Assembly: GCA_965238075.1 (NCBI GenBank)
Contig: OZ250173.1
Span: forward strand, 3,232,001 to 3,296,000
Direction: 5' to 3'
DNA length: 64,000 bases
DNA from: Candidatus Entotheonellaceae bacterium
Lineage (GTDB): Bacteria > Tectomicrobia > Entotheonellia > Entotheonellales > Entotheonellaceae
Numbering within the stretch: position 1 is the stretch's first letter; every line of letters begins with the position of its first letter. The notes beneath the pieces are model-generated. The model saw only the letters and a list, made by a program, of their open reading frames with translations. It searched no databases and had not been told where the DNA came from. The position numbers and the translations under genes were made by a program. This document shows positions 37,758 to 47,752 of this stretch, in pieces.

Positions 37758-38480
37758 TCAGGTGCTGGGCTCGTCCAGCAGGACGAGATGCAACTCACCC
37801 GGACCATGCACGCCGACGGTGAGCTTGAGCTCGATGTCGCCGGTGCGGCTGGGGCCGGTGACGAACGAGATGCAGCTGGTGAGATTCTGCTGCATGTCCT
37901 CCCCCGACTGCCGAACGGTGCGCAGGGCGTCGGCGAAGGTGGCGACGACCTGGTCCGTGCGGGCGACGGCGATGTGCACGGGCGGCAGGAGCGAGACGCC
38001 GCGCATCTGGCCGGGCTGCGCCGTCAGCATCAGGGTGCCCGTTTCGGCGATGACGGCATCCACCCCCGAAAGGCCCAGGTCGGCGCGGGCCAGCAAGTCG
38101 CGCATTTCCTGACGGCGATTGCCGGCCTCCGCCTCGCTCGTCGGCGAAGCGGTGTGAACGTTGGCGCCACCGGCCTGGAGCGCGTCGTCGATCTCCAGCG
38201 TATCCAACAAATCCGATTGCCAGCGCACCACGACCTCGGCGCCCTTCTCCTTGGCCAGACGGGTGACGTACTGCACCGCCTCGGCCACGTGCTTGACCCG
38301 CGCCACGCTGCCGCCCACGCCCTCCAGTTCACGCTGCAGACGCGCTGCCAAGTCCTCGCCTTCTGTCACTAACGAAACGATTTCCCTATTCTCCGCGGAT
38401 GCCGCTTCTGCATGATGGGATTGACCTCCCGTTTGCAGAGCCTGCCGCACACGCGCCAGAAAGGCCTCCCGGCTACTCAT
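37758..38480 (-). CDS. lutC: Lactate utilization protein C
   Basis: IAETGTL, SLLPPVH, TGPSRTGDIE..GVHGP. Confidence 0.9.
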   Translation of the reverse strand: MSSREAFLARVRQALQTGGQSHHAEAASAENREIVSLVTEGEDLAARLQRELEGVGGSVARVKHVAEAVQYVTRLAKEKGAEVVVRWQSDLLDTLEIDDALQAGGANVHTASPTSEAEAGNRRQEMRDLLARADLGLSGVDAVIAETGTLMLTAQPGQMRGVSLLPPVHIAVARTDQVVATFADALRTVRQSGEDMQQNLTSCISFVTGPSRTGDIELKLTVGVHGPGELHLVLLDEPST

Positions 38481-39921
38481 GATGCCCTCCACCTGCGCCG
38501 TTGCGATGAGGGTGCTCGTATTGCAGGGTGGCCTGCCAGCGATCCCGGAAGGACTGCGGTGCAACCGCCTTGAAATCGCGGGATTGCGTCCAGTGATGGA
38601 ACGGCGGCGGCAATTTCCCCAGCCAACCGCGCCGTGCGAAAGGCGTCTGCCCCAGCCGTGCCAGTTTCAGACCCAATCGGTAAAGCCCCGGATGCCGCAT
38701 AACCCACGCCCACAGCGAAAACAGTGGCGCCTCGCCAGCCGGCGCGTCGCCGCGGCTGACGCTCTGGCGCCGCAGGTTCAATAGCATCTGGGGGATATTA
38801 ATCTTCACTGGGCACGCCTCGCGGCAGGCGCCGCACAGCGTGCTGGCGCGCGGCAGATGCTTGGCCGTGTCCAGGCCGGTGAACAGGGGGGTCAGCACGG
38901 CGCCGATCGGGCCGGGATACACCCAGCCGTAGGCGTGCCCGCCGATATTCTGATAGATCGGGCAAACGTTGAGGCAGGCGCCGCAGCGCAGGCAGTAGAG
39001 CGCCTCGCGATTCTCGCTGCCCAGGATGTTCGAACGTCCGTTGTCCATGACGACCACGTGCAGTTCCTCGGGGCCGTCGAGGTCGTGCGCCCGCCGCGGC
39101 CCGGTGATCATGGTGACGTAGCTGGATATTTTCTGGCCGGTGGCGCTGTTCGTCAGCACTTTTAACATTACCGGCAGATCGTCGAGCCGCGGGATGATCT
39201 TCTCCATGCCCATCAGCGCGATGTGCACCCGCGGCAGGGTGGACGACAAGCGCCCGTTGCCCTCGTTGGTGACCAGGACGATCGAGCCGGTATCGGCGAT
39301 GGCGAAGTTGACGCCCGTGATGCCCACATCGGCGCGCAGAAACTGCTGGCGCAGAGCGCGGCGGGCAATCTGCGTCATGTCGGTCAGTTCTTCGGTGTAC
39401 GGGTTACCGAGCTTGTCGTGCAGCAGCGAGGCGATCTGCTGTCGGGTCTTGTGGATGGCAGGCGCGATGATGTGCGAAGGCGTCTCTTCGGCGAGCTGGA
39501 TGATGTATTCGCCGAGGTCGGTCTCCAGGACCTCGTATCCCAGTTCTTCCAGGTGCGGGTTGAGGTGAATTTCCTCGGCGGCCATCGACTTGCCCTTGAC
39601 GATGACCTTGGCCTCGGCCTGTTGGGCAATGCTGGTAATGATATCGCGCGCCTCGGCGTCGTCGTGCGCCCAATGCACGTGAGCACCTAGCTTGTCCAGG
39701 TTGTCGGCAAATTGCTCCAGATACGTATCGAGCTGGGCAATCGCCTGCTCCTTGACAGCGCGTGCCTGGGTGCGCAACGCCTCGGGGTCACCGAGCGCCT
39801 GCATGGCCGCCACCCGCCGGGGCTCGAATTCGGTGGTCAGGAGGTGTAGAGCATTTTGCAGCGGCTCGTCTTTCAGGGCCTGTCTGGCGTGGTCTTGAAA
39901 GCCCTCAGTTCCCAGATGCAT
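38473..39921 (-). CDS. lutB: Lactate utilization Fe-S protein B
   Basis: ETDLGEYI, PSHIIAPAIH, NEGNGR, CLRCGACLNVCP, LCGACREACPV. Confidence 0.95.
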   Translation of the reverse strand: MHLGTEGFQDHARQALKDEPLQNALHLLTTEFEPRRVAAMQALGDPEALRTQARAVKEQAIAQLDTYLEQFADNLDKLGAHVHWAHDDAEARDIITSIAQQAEAKVIVKGKSMAAEEIHLNPHLEELGYEVLETDLGEYIIQLAEETPSHIIAPAIHKTRQQIASLLHDKLGNPYTEELTDMTQIARRALRQQFLRADVGITGVNFAIADTGSIVLVTNEGNGRLSSTLPRVHIALMGMEKIIPRLDDLPVMLKVLTNSATGQKISSYVTMITGPRRAHDLDGPEELHVVVMDNGRSNILGSENREALYCLRCGACLNVCPIYQNIGGHAYGWVYPGPIGAVLTPLFTGLDTAKHLPRASTLCGACREACPVKINIPQMLLNLRRQSVSRGDAPAGEAPLFSLWAWVMRHPGLYRLGLKLARLGQTPFARRGWLGKLPPPFHHWTQSRDFKAVAPQSFRDRWQATLQYEHPHRNGAGGGHHE

Positions 39922-40690
39922 GGTGCGGCTCCTCGGCGCTGTGACCGGTGTTCAGTAATTCGGCGAGATGCATGACCCGTACGTCTATCCCCTGCCGTCG
40001 GAGCCGTCCGGCGATGTGCATCAGGCAGCCGGCGTCGCACGACACCAGCGTATCGGCCCCGGCCCGCTGCAGACTGGCGATCTTCTTCTCAAGCATGGCG
40101 CTGGAAATCTCCGGGTATTTCACCGCGAACGTGCCGCCGAAGCCGCAGCACTGCTCCGACATCTCGGCGTCGCACGCCTCGACCCCGGCAACCCGGGATA
40201 TCAGTCGCCGCGGAGCTTCGGTGACACCGAGTTCGCGCTGCAAATGGCAAGAGGCGTGGTAAGCCACCTTGCCAGCGAACGCCGCGCCAACGTCGTCGGT
40301 GCCGACAACGTTGAACAGAAACTCCGACAATTCGTAGGTGCGCGCAGCCAGCGACTCGGCCTGCTGATGCAGGTGGGGGTCTTCGGCAAACAGATCGGGA
40401 TAAAACAGACGGATCATCGCCGTACAGGAACCCGAAGGTACGACGACGTATTCGTAATCGGCGAAGAGGGTGAGGTTGCGTTGCGCGACTAGTCGGGTTT
40501 GGTCATGAAAGCCGGCATTAAAGGCGGGTTGGGCGCAGCAGGTTTGGCCAAGGGGAAAATCGACGGCAATTCCCAGGCGGTGCAGCAGGCGTACGGTAGC
40601 TTCCCCTACTTGCGGGTAGAAGGCGTCGCCCAGACAGGTCACGAACAGGGCTACCCGCGTCGGCCGTCGGCGGCCGGTGGGTTCGGTCAT
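39905..40690 (-). CDS. lutA: Lactate utilization protein A (CCG domains)
   Basis: LFVTCL, QTCCAQP, SGSC, YHASCH, CCGFGGTF. Confidence 0.95.
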   Translation of the reverse strand: MTEPTGRRRPTRVALFVTCLGDAFYPQVGEATVRLLHRLGIAVDFPLGQTCCAQPAFNAGFHDQTRLVAQRNLTLFADYEYVVVPSGSCTAMIRLFYPDLFAEDPHLHQQAESLAARTYELSEFLFNVVGTDDVGAAFAGKVAYHASCHLQRELGVTEAPRRLISRVAGVEACDAEMSEQCCGFGGTFAVKYPEISSAMLEKKIASLQRAGADTLVSCDAGCLMHIAGRLRRQGIDVRVMHLAELLNTGHSAEEPHHASGN

Positions 40691-40708
40691 GGGTCCTTCT
40701 CCATGGGC

Positions 40709-40897
40709 TCACGCGTTTGAATTTTTGTCCTGATCAATCTTCCGGAAGAGTTCCTGAAACTGATCAGTCAATTGATCAACTTCGCGTTTTCTCCCGCGCA
40801 CACGTCGGCGGCTTAGCCATTGGATAAGGGTATGGCAGGAAAACACCCCGACGAGAAATCCGATGATCAGACCACTGACGAACAATGGCATTACCAT
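40709..40897 (-). CDS. Small single-TM hypothetical protein
   Basis: Hydrophobic helix followed by a basic and coiled tail, in line with lutA. Confidence 0.45.
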   Translation of the reverse strand: MVMPLFVSGLIIGFLVGVFSCHTLIQWLSRRRVRGRKREVDQLTDQFQELFRKIDQDKNSNA

Positions 40898-41009
40898 ACG
40901 CTGAGCCCCTTTCCCAATGAGGAATCCCAATCCGACATGGAGAGCCTCGGCGAAAATCGTCCTTGACGACTCAGACCACGTTAACTAGGATACAACCCTT
41001 GTTTTTGCC

Positions 41010-41082
<73 letters not shown>

Positions 41083-41190
41083 TTCCCCATAGGTCATGAT
41101 CCCGCCCACTATAAACCAGCACTTGTCAAAAGGCAAAAGACCCTCCGGCAGTTTCCTTCGCCGCCCGGCGCAACATATAAGGACAGCAGG

Positions 41191-42777
41191 GTGAACAGCG
41201 TGGTCAAACCTTCCCTGGCGCAACGCATCGCGGCCTTGGCTGAGGAGGCCGACGCTGACGTGCGGCATTTGCGTCGGGAGTACGCGGATTTCGACAAGTT
41301 CATTACGCAGCGATTCCAGCGATTCGACGGAGTGCAGCAACGGGTCGTTCTGGCGGCCCTGCGAGCTGACGAAGCGGCTGATCTGATGCCGATGCTGGAA
41401 CGGTGGAGCCGCGCTTCCGATGTATCCCTGGTGGTTCGGGCTGAGACCCTTGCGGTCCTGGAGACTCTGGGAGGGCCGGTGGATACGGACTACCTTGAGG
41501 CGCTGCGGCAAGCGGCCGGGGTGGTGCGGCAACTGGGCGCGGACGAGCCGCCGGAACTTACCGACGACGAGACGCTGACCGCGCCGCTGGCAACCTCGGT
41601 CTTAGCTTTGCCCCTGACACTGGTGGTGGACGTGGCGCGGCAGGTTGCCTTGAGCGATCCGGCACGAGGATTGGCGGTGCTGCGCACGGTGCGGCCGGGG
41701 GTTGAGGCATCGGATTTGCCAGCGCTGGTGGACGGGCTTGCTACCATCCCGCTGACCAGCAGTGCCATGTTACTGATGGACATTCTCTCGGAATCCCCTC
41801 CCAAAGCCTTGCAAAAGGCCATCAAGAAAGCCCTGCATCGCCTCAAGTCGCGGGGCGTCGTCTTCAACGAAAATCAGGCACCGCGCCGCGTTGTGCTAGG
41901 CGGCACAGCAAGTCACTTGGAGCGCTGCCTGGCAAGCTTCATCGACGGCTCCGGGGACCGTATGATCCTGATGATCCGCACCCGACCGGGTGGTGGCTAT
42001 CAGATGGCTTATCTGGTTCTCAACTACGGCACGGGCATACGTTTTGCCAGGGCACTCCAGATGAGCCGGCGCGAGTTGCCCGAGATGCTCGAGTCGGTAC
42101 AAGCGCAGGCGCCGCTTATCGATCTGGACCCCGCCCACTGCCAGCGTCAGATCGCCCTGGTGCAGCAGATGAACCTCGCCACGCGAACGCCCGTGCCGGA
42201 GGAATTCTTCATGCTGCGCGACCTCATAGGCGAGCCGGAGACGATGCCGGAAACCGGTGCGATTTACGAGGCCCTCAGCCCGGAAGAACTGGAATTGGCC
42301 AGAGCGCAGGACGCCCACGCCAGCGACCTGCTGGAACTGCCGGAGCTGGCCGGTTGGACCCTGCCGGAGTCGGTGGTGCAGCCGTACGCTGACGCCTTGG
42401 CGGAGATCGACGAAAGCAAGATTGTGGTCAGCGAGGCGATGCAGCACGAGCGAGTTGATCGCGTCTTCGCGAGCGCCATGCAAGAGGTGCTGGGGGAAGA
42501 ATCGCGCGCCATCATGCGTTTGCGCTTAGAGGAAACGGCTTTTTACTTCCTGCAAACGGAGCGGCGCATGGAGGCCCTGTGGGCTTTGGTGGCGGCGGAG
42601 TCTATGCTCGATGACAACCTGGACCGCCTGCGCCTCAATCCCTTCGCCGGTGCGTTATTGGAACGCAGCCTGGAAGGCGCCAAGAAGCGGCCGGGAAGCC
42701 GCATCGTGATGCCCTTCTCTATACCTTCTGCCGGTGCGCCGGCTGACCCGAGCGGTGCGCCGCGTCTGATCATTTAG
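41191..42777 (+). CDS. Hypothetical helical protein
   Basis: Long ORF with genome-like codon use; KAIKKALHRLKSRG and SFIDGSGDR motifs; function not recognised. Confidence 0.7.
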   Translation: MNSVVKPSLAQRIAALAEEADADVRHLRREYADFDKFITQRFQRFDGVQQRVVLAALRADEAADLMPMLERWSRASDVSLVVRAETLAVLETLGGPVDTDYLEALRQAAGVVRQLGADEPPELTDDETLTAPLATSVLALPLTLVVDVARQVALSDPARGLAVLRTVRPGVEASDLPALVDGLATIPLTSSAMLLMDILSESPPKALQKAIKKALHRLKSRGVVFNENQAPRRVVLGGTASHLERCLASFIDGSGDRMILMIRTRPGGGYQMAYLVLNYGTGIRFARALQMSRRELPEMLESVQAQAPLIDLDPAHCQRQIALVQQMNLATRTPVPEEFFMLRDLIGEPETMPETGAIYEALSPEELELARAQDAHASDLLELPELAGWTLPESVVQPYADALAEIDESKIVVSEAMQHERVDRVFASAMQEVLGEESRAIMRLRLEETAFYFLQTERRMEALWALVAAESMLDDNLDRLRLNPFAGALLERSLEGAKKRPGSRIVMPFSIPSAGAPADPSGAPRLII

Positions 42778-42821
42778 TTGGTTTACTCACGCTCTCTGTC
42801 TGCCGATAAGGATGTTCAGCA

Positions 42822-43215
42822 ATGAACCACTCGCGTGACCGAGATTCCACCGGCTTCCTCGGCCATCGCCGCAGCTTATTTCGAGTCGCAGATGGGGTTG
42901 ACGACCGATTGCTGGGACGGGCATGAATCAATGAATGAGGGCACGCGGATTTCGTGTTGCTTGACGTGCGCAGCCGTGAGAATTTCCGGGAAGGTCATGT
43001 ACCGGGAAGCGTCGGCCTGCCGCACGCGGAGATTTCCGAAGCGGAGATGGGAAAATACCGTCGGATACCATCTTCGTTGTTTATTGTGCCGGACCGCACT
43101 GCAACGGCGCGTATCGTGAACGATCCGACTGGCTCACCTCGGCAGGCCCGTAAAAATGATGATCGGAGGGGTTACGGGTTAGCTGGCCGAGGGCTTTTCC
43201 TTGGAGGCCGGTTAA
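42822..43215 (+). pseudogene. Rhodanese-like protein with multiple frameshifts
   Basis: Pieces VTEIPPA..TTDCWD, LLDVRS..GHVPG, VVYCAGPHCNG and GRPVKMMIGG lie in different frames. Confidence 0.75.
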
Positions 43216-43249
43216 GGCCCGTTGTTGGCGTCACATCAGGAGGTTCACC

Positions 43250-44356
43250 GTGTTGATTCATCGTAAGCTCGTCTCCTGCCGCGCGGTCAGCCGTGCCGGT
43301 CTCCTGCTGATCGGCCTCGCGTTTCTGGCGGCCAGCGCGGCCGGTGTGGAAGCCCAGCGGCTGTGGACCGAACAGGCTGCCGGGCAACCTGCCCTGCCGA
43401 CCCTGCAGCAACTGAACGACGCCTTGTTGGACCTGACCGAACAAGTGCTGCCGGCGATCATCAGCCTGCAGGTGCGTGGCGACGAGGGCGCTGCTCCCGA
43501 CTTGCCGCGCAACCACCCCCCGGTGCCGGACCCCAGCATGCCAATCACTGGTAGCGGCTTTATCATCAAGGCCAATGGGCTGGCGATCACCAACCAGCAC
43601 GTGGTACAAGACAAGGAAGACATTCACGTCCGCCTTTTTGACGGCACCCAGGCCCGCGCCAAGGTGTTGGGACGGGACACAATTGGCGACATGGCGCTGT
43701 TGCAGATCGAAACCGAAACCCCGCTGCCTGTTGTGCCGCTGGGGGATTCGGACGCACTGCAGGTCGGCGAATTTGTCGTGGCTATCGGCAGCCCGTTCGG
43801 CTTTGAGAACTCGGTGACGTTCGGGATGATCAGCGGCAAGCGGCGCAATTTCCTGCGCTCCAGCGCGGTCGGCGGCTACCTGCAAACGGACGCCTCCATC
43901 AACACCGGTAACAGCGGCGGGCCGCTCCTGAACATGCGCGGTGAGGTGGTTGGCGTGAACACCGCCACCATCCGGCGCGGCGTCATGGGTTTCGCCATTC
44001 CGATCAACGCCGTCAAAGCCTCGCTTGCGCAGCTTCATGATTACGGCCATGTAAAGCGCGCTTACCTGGGCGTGCGCATCGACCCGCTCGACCGTGACAT
44101 GATCATCCGCCTGGGGCTTGAATCGCCGCGCGGCGCCTATATACATGAGGTTCTGAAAGGCCAGCCGGCGCAGCAGGCCGGCCTCGCCATCGGCGACATC
44201 ATCGTCGGCTTCGACGGTCGTGAGGTGAATTCGCCCTTCGATCTGCAAACGGCTGTTGCGGCCAGCCCAATCGGCAAGAAGGTGCGGATCGAATTTCTGC
44301 GCCAGCAGGAGCGTCAGACAGTCGAATTGGCGCTGGGCGAAATGCCGGAAAACTGA
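43250..44356 (+). CDS. HtrA/DegP-family serine protease with one PDZ domain
   Basis: GSGFII, TNQHVV, DMALL, QTDASINTGNSGGPL, PDZ domain. Confidence 0.93.
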   Translation: MLIHRKLVSCRAVSRAGLLLIGLAFLAASAAGVEAQRLWTEQAAGQPALPTLQQLNDALLDLTEQVLPAIISLQVRGDEGAAPDLPRNHPPVPDPSMPITGSGFIIKANGLAITNQHVVQDKEDIHVRLFDGTQARAKVLGRDTIGDMALLQIETETPLPVVPLGDSDALQVGEFVVAIGSPFGFENSVTFGMISGKRRNFLRSSAVGGYLQTDASINTGNSGGPLLNMRGEVVGVNTATIRRGVMGFAIPINAVKASLAQLHDYGHVKRAYLGVRIDPLDRDMIIRLGLESPRGAYIHEVLKGQPAQQAGLAIGDIIVGFDGREVNSPFDLQTAVAASPIGKKVRIEFLRQQERQTVELALGEMPEN

Positions 44357-44427
44357 CAGCCATCGTCAACCGTAGACTCCGCTTGGTATCCAACGCGGCT
44401 TGGCGGGTTTGTGGAAAGGACGACATC

Positions 44428-46641
44428 ATGGCCCAAAGTGACGGCACGGCAGCGGCGTCGCGACTTCTCATCGTCTCCAATCGCCTGCCGGTTACCATCC
44501 ACCAAGATGGCGACGAATTCACCGTTGAGCGCAGTTCTGGCGGTTTAGCCACTGCGCTCTCCCACCCACACGCAGCGGGCAACAGTCTGTGGCTCGGCTG
44601 GCCCGGCAGCGCTTACGAGTCGGCTGACGACCGTCGCCGACTGACCCGCCTTCTGCATGACACCTATCGCTTCTCTCCCGTCTACCTCACCGACGAGCAG
44701 GTTCAACGGTATTACTACGGATTCAGCAACGGCGCGCTATGGCCGCTGTGCCACTTCTTTGAAGCGCACGTAGTCTACGACGATGACGAGTGGGAGGCCT
44801 ACGTGCAGGTCAACCGCTTGTTCTGCGACGTGGTGGCCGAGGAGGTGCGCGGCGACGAGCTGATCTGGGTGCACGATTACCACCTTTTCCTGCTGCCCGA
44901 CATGCTGCGCCAACGTTTTCCCGAGGCCAGAATCGGCTTTTTCCTGCATACCCCCTTCCCGCCTTCCGAGCTCTTCCGCGTGCTGCCCTGCCGCGAGGTC
45001 CTGCTGCGCGGCCTGCTGGGCGCTGACGTGGTGGGCTTCCAGACGTTCAACAACCTGCAGAACTTCCTATACTCCGTGTACCGGGTGCTGGGCATTGCCG
45101 CCGACATGAACGCGCTGTCCTACGAAGGGCGCCCGGTGCGCTGCGCGGTGCACCCCATCAGTGTCGATCCCAAGCAGTTCCTCCAGGCGCTGGATTCGGA
45201 TAGCGACACGCTTGAGGAGTCCCGGCGGTTGGATGAGGCAATGGAAGACCGCAAGGTCATTCTGGGCATGGACCGGCTGGACTATTCCAAGGGCATTCCA
45301 GGCCGCTTGCGCGCCTATCAGCGTCTGCTCGGGGCGCACCCCGAGTGGCGGGGGGCGGTGACCCTGGTGCAGGTGGCGGTGCCGTCGCGCGAGCAAGTGA
45401 CGGCCTATCAGGACCTGCGGCGCCAGGTGGACGAATTGGTGGGCGAGATCAACGGCACCTACGGCACCACCACCTGGACGCCGGTGCAATACGTGCACCG
45501 TAATCTGCCGTTTGCCGAGATCTGCGCCCTGCTGCGCCGGGCTGACATCGCGCTGATCACGCCGTTGCGCGACGGCATGAACCTGGTTGCCAAGGAATAC
45601 GCCGTGTGCCAGAAGGAGCGCGCCGGGGCGCTGATTCTCAGCGAATTTGCCGGGGCCTCATCGGAGTTGGGCGAGGCGTTCTTCGTCAATCCCTACGACA
45701 TCGAGGCCATGGCGGCACGCATACACGAAGTGCTGTCGTCGTCCGACGAGGCGCTGGCCGACAGGATGGGCGCCTTGCACCGGCGCGTTTGTGAGCATAC
45801 GGTGCACGTTTGGGCGCAGAAATTCCTGGACGAGTTGGCAAGTGTGCAGACGCAGCGCACGCCGTGTGTGCTGAACGATACCGCGCAGCGGCGGTTGCTC
45901 GTCACCTATGCCAAGGCGGAGAAGCGCGTCCTGCTACTGGGGTATGACGGCGCTCCGGCCTCGTCCGTGGAACGCTGGTACCGCACCGCGTCGGGTGCCG
46001 ATCTGTTGGATGCCTTGCAGACGGTGAGCCACGACGCGCGCAACACCGTGGCCGTTTTAAGCCGGCGGGACCGAGATACCATGGCGAACTGGTTCGGCTC
46101 GTGCGGTGCTATTCTGGTGGCCGAGGACGGCGGCTGGATTCGGGAGAGCCCGCAGGTGCCCTGGCGACAGACCTTGCCGGACTTGGATGACGATTGGAAG
46201 GCCACGGTAAGGCCGATTTTGGAGGACGCGGTGGCGCGCATCCCCGGTTCCGCGTTGGAAGAGGGGGGTCATTCGCTCGGCTGGCAGTATCATCTCGCCG
46301 ACCCCGAGTTCGGCCTGTGGCAGGCGCACGAGCTTTGCGGCCAATTACAAGCCATGCTGGCCGGCAGCGGTCTCCAGATGCAGCGGGGCAACAAGTTGGT
46401 GGAGATCACGTGGGCCGAGATTCACAAGGGCATGGTCGGGGCGCAGATCATCGCCGCTGCCGGGGCGGATTTCATCATGGCCGTTGGCGGGCAACACTCC
46501 GACGAGGCTCTCTTCGAGTCGGTGCCGCCGGAACAATGGACAATCAAGACGGGGACGGGATTCTCCAGGGCGCAATTCGTTTTGCCAACGACGGCTGATG
46601 CCGTCGCCCTGCTGCAAACGCTGGCCGAGCTTTCCGCGTAG
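44428..46641 (+). CDS. otsAB: Fused trehalose-6-phosphate synthase/phosphatase with degenerate phosphatase motifs
   Basis: VSNRLP, SSGGL, WVHDYHL, FLHTPFP, DRLDYSKG, DGMNLVAKE; HAD-like C-terminus. Confidence 0.92.
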   Translation: MAQSDGTAAASRLLIVSNRLPVTIHQDGDEFTVERSSGGLATALSHPHAAGNSLWLGWPGSAYESADDRRRLTRLLHDTYRFSPVYLTDEQVQRYYYGFSNGALWPLCHFFEAHVVYDDDEWEAYVQVNRLFCDVVAEEVRGDELIWVHDYHLFLLPDMLRQRFPEARIGFFLHTPFPPSELFRVLPCREVLLRGLLGADVVGFQTFNNLQNFLYSVYRVLGIAADMNALSYEGRPVRCAVHPISVDPKQFLQALDSDSDTLEESRRLDEAMEDRKVILGMDRLDYSKGIPGRLRAYQRLLGAHPEWRGAVTLVQVAVPSREQVTAYQDLRRQVDELVGEINGTYGTTTWTPVQYVHRNLPFAEICALLRRADIALITPLRDGMNLVAKEYAVCQKERAGALILSEFAGASSELGEAFFVNPYDIEAMAARIHEVLSSSDEALADRMGALHRRVCEHTVHVWAQKFLDELASVQTQRTPCVLNDTAQRRLLVTYAKAEKRVLLLGYDGAPASSVERWYRTASGADLLDALQTVSHDARNTVAVLSRRDRDTMANWFGSCGAILVAEDGGWIRESPQVPWRQTLPDLDDDWKATVRPILEDAVARIPGSALEEGGHSLGWQYHLADPEFGLWQAHELCGQLQAMLAGSGLQMQRGNKLVEITWAEIHKGMVGAQIIAAAGADFIMAVGGQHSDEALFESVPPEQWTIKTGTGFSRAQFVLPTTADAVALLQTLAELSA

Positions 46642-46643
46642 GG

Positions 46644-47627
46644 TCAGGGCCGCAGCGCGTCGGCCACCTGCATGTAATCTTCCAGACGCGGCAGCAGCAA
46701 GGGTTCATCGACACCGGCGGCACGGTACTCGGCGATGCGGGCCCTACACGTTGCGGCGTCGCCGATCAGGTAAAACGCTTCCACCATGTCATCGCTGATC
46801 AGTTCGACCACAGCGGCATCGGTGTGGGACGCAGCAGCCCGCAGGGGCTTGAGAATGTCGGCGTCGAAGCCGCCCTGCGCCAATAGAATTTCGCCCACGT
46901 GGGGCTCGGCGAGGAGGCGCACCAGGCGCTGCTTGAGGCCGGGAATGAGTGCTCCGGCGTCCGGCGTCAGCCGTACGACGAGCATGCAGGTAATGTCGAT
47001 GGTTTCGGGATGACGCCCCGCTTGGCGGGCGGCTTCCCGAATTTCCCGCACGGCATAGCGCACGTAGCCGGTCGGCACGTAGGCGTTGAGGATGACGCCG
47101 TCGGCAACGGTACCAGCCAGCCGCAGGGCCTGCGGGCCCAGGGCGGCGAGATAGATGGGCATCGGCTGCTGCACGGGCAGAATGGCGAGGCGGGTGTCGC
47201 GCATGGTGACCTGCCCGCCGGTGGTGTCCACTCGATTGCCGGCGAGCAGGTCCCGGATGTTGCCGACGGCCTCGGCGAGCACGGTGCGCGGCTGGCGGTA
47301 GTCGAGTCCCAGGCGGTCGCGAATGATGAAGGGTTCACTCCTTCCCATTCCCAGAATGAACCGCCCGCCGGATACGCGATCCAAGGTCGCACTGGCCATC
47401 GCAAGCAGGGCCGGATGCCGGGTGTAGGGATTGATGACCCCTACCCCCAGTTTCAAGCGTTGCGTCACCGCGGCCAGAAAGCCGAGAAGCGTGAAGGTTT
47501 CCTCGTGAAAGTAGCGCTCGGTCACCCACAACGACTCGTACCCTGCCGTTTCTGCCGCGCGGGCATATGATTCCAGCGCCGCGCCGCTCTCAAGACCGTG
47601 ATAGAGCACCATGCCGAGTCGGGCCAT
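46644..47627 (-). CDS. LLM-class (Mer-like, possibly F420-dependent) oxidoreductase
   Basis: AETAGYESLWVTE, NPYTRHPALLA, SGGRFILGMG, IYLAALGP. Confidence 0.85.
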   Translation of the reverse strand: MARLGMVLYHGLESGAALESYARAAETAGYESLWVTERYFHEETFTLLGFLAAVTQRLKLGVGVINPYTRHPALLAMASATLDRVSGGRFILGMGRSEPFIIRDRLGLDYRQPRTVLAEAVGNIRDLLAGNRVDTTGGQVTMRDTRLAILPVQQPMPIYLAALGPQALRLAGTVADGVILNAYVPTGYVRYAVREIREAARQAGRHPETIDITCMLVVRLTPDAGALIPGLKQRLVRLLAEPHVGEILLAQGGFDADILKPLRAAASHTDAAVVELISDDMVEAFYLIGDAATCRARIAEYRAAGVDEPLLLPRLEDYMQVADALRP

Positions 47628-47752
47628 GCGATTTCTCCCCTACAAAGCTTACTAGACAGAGGCCGCTGCGATAGGTGTGGATAACGTGCATTTGTTATTA
47701 TAGCTGCGACCTTTCTGCCCGCCATTACCAGAGACTGGAGCGACCCCTGTTG

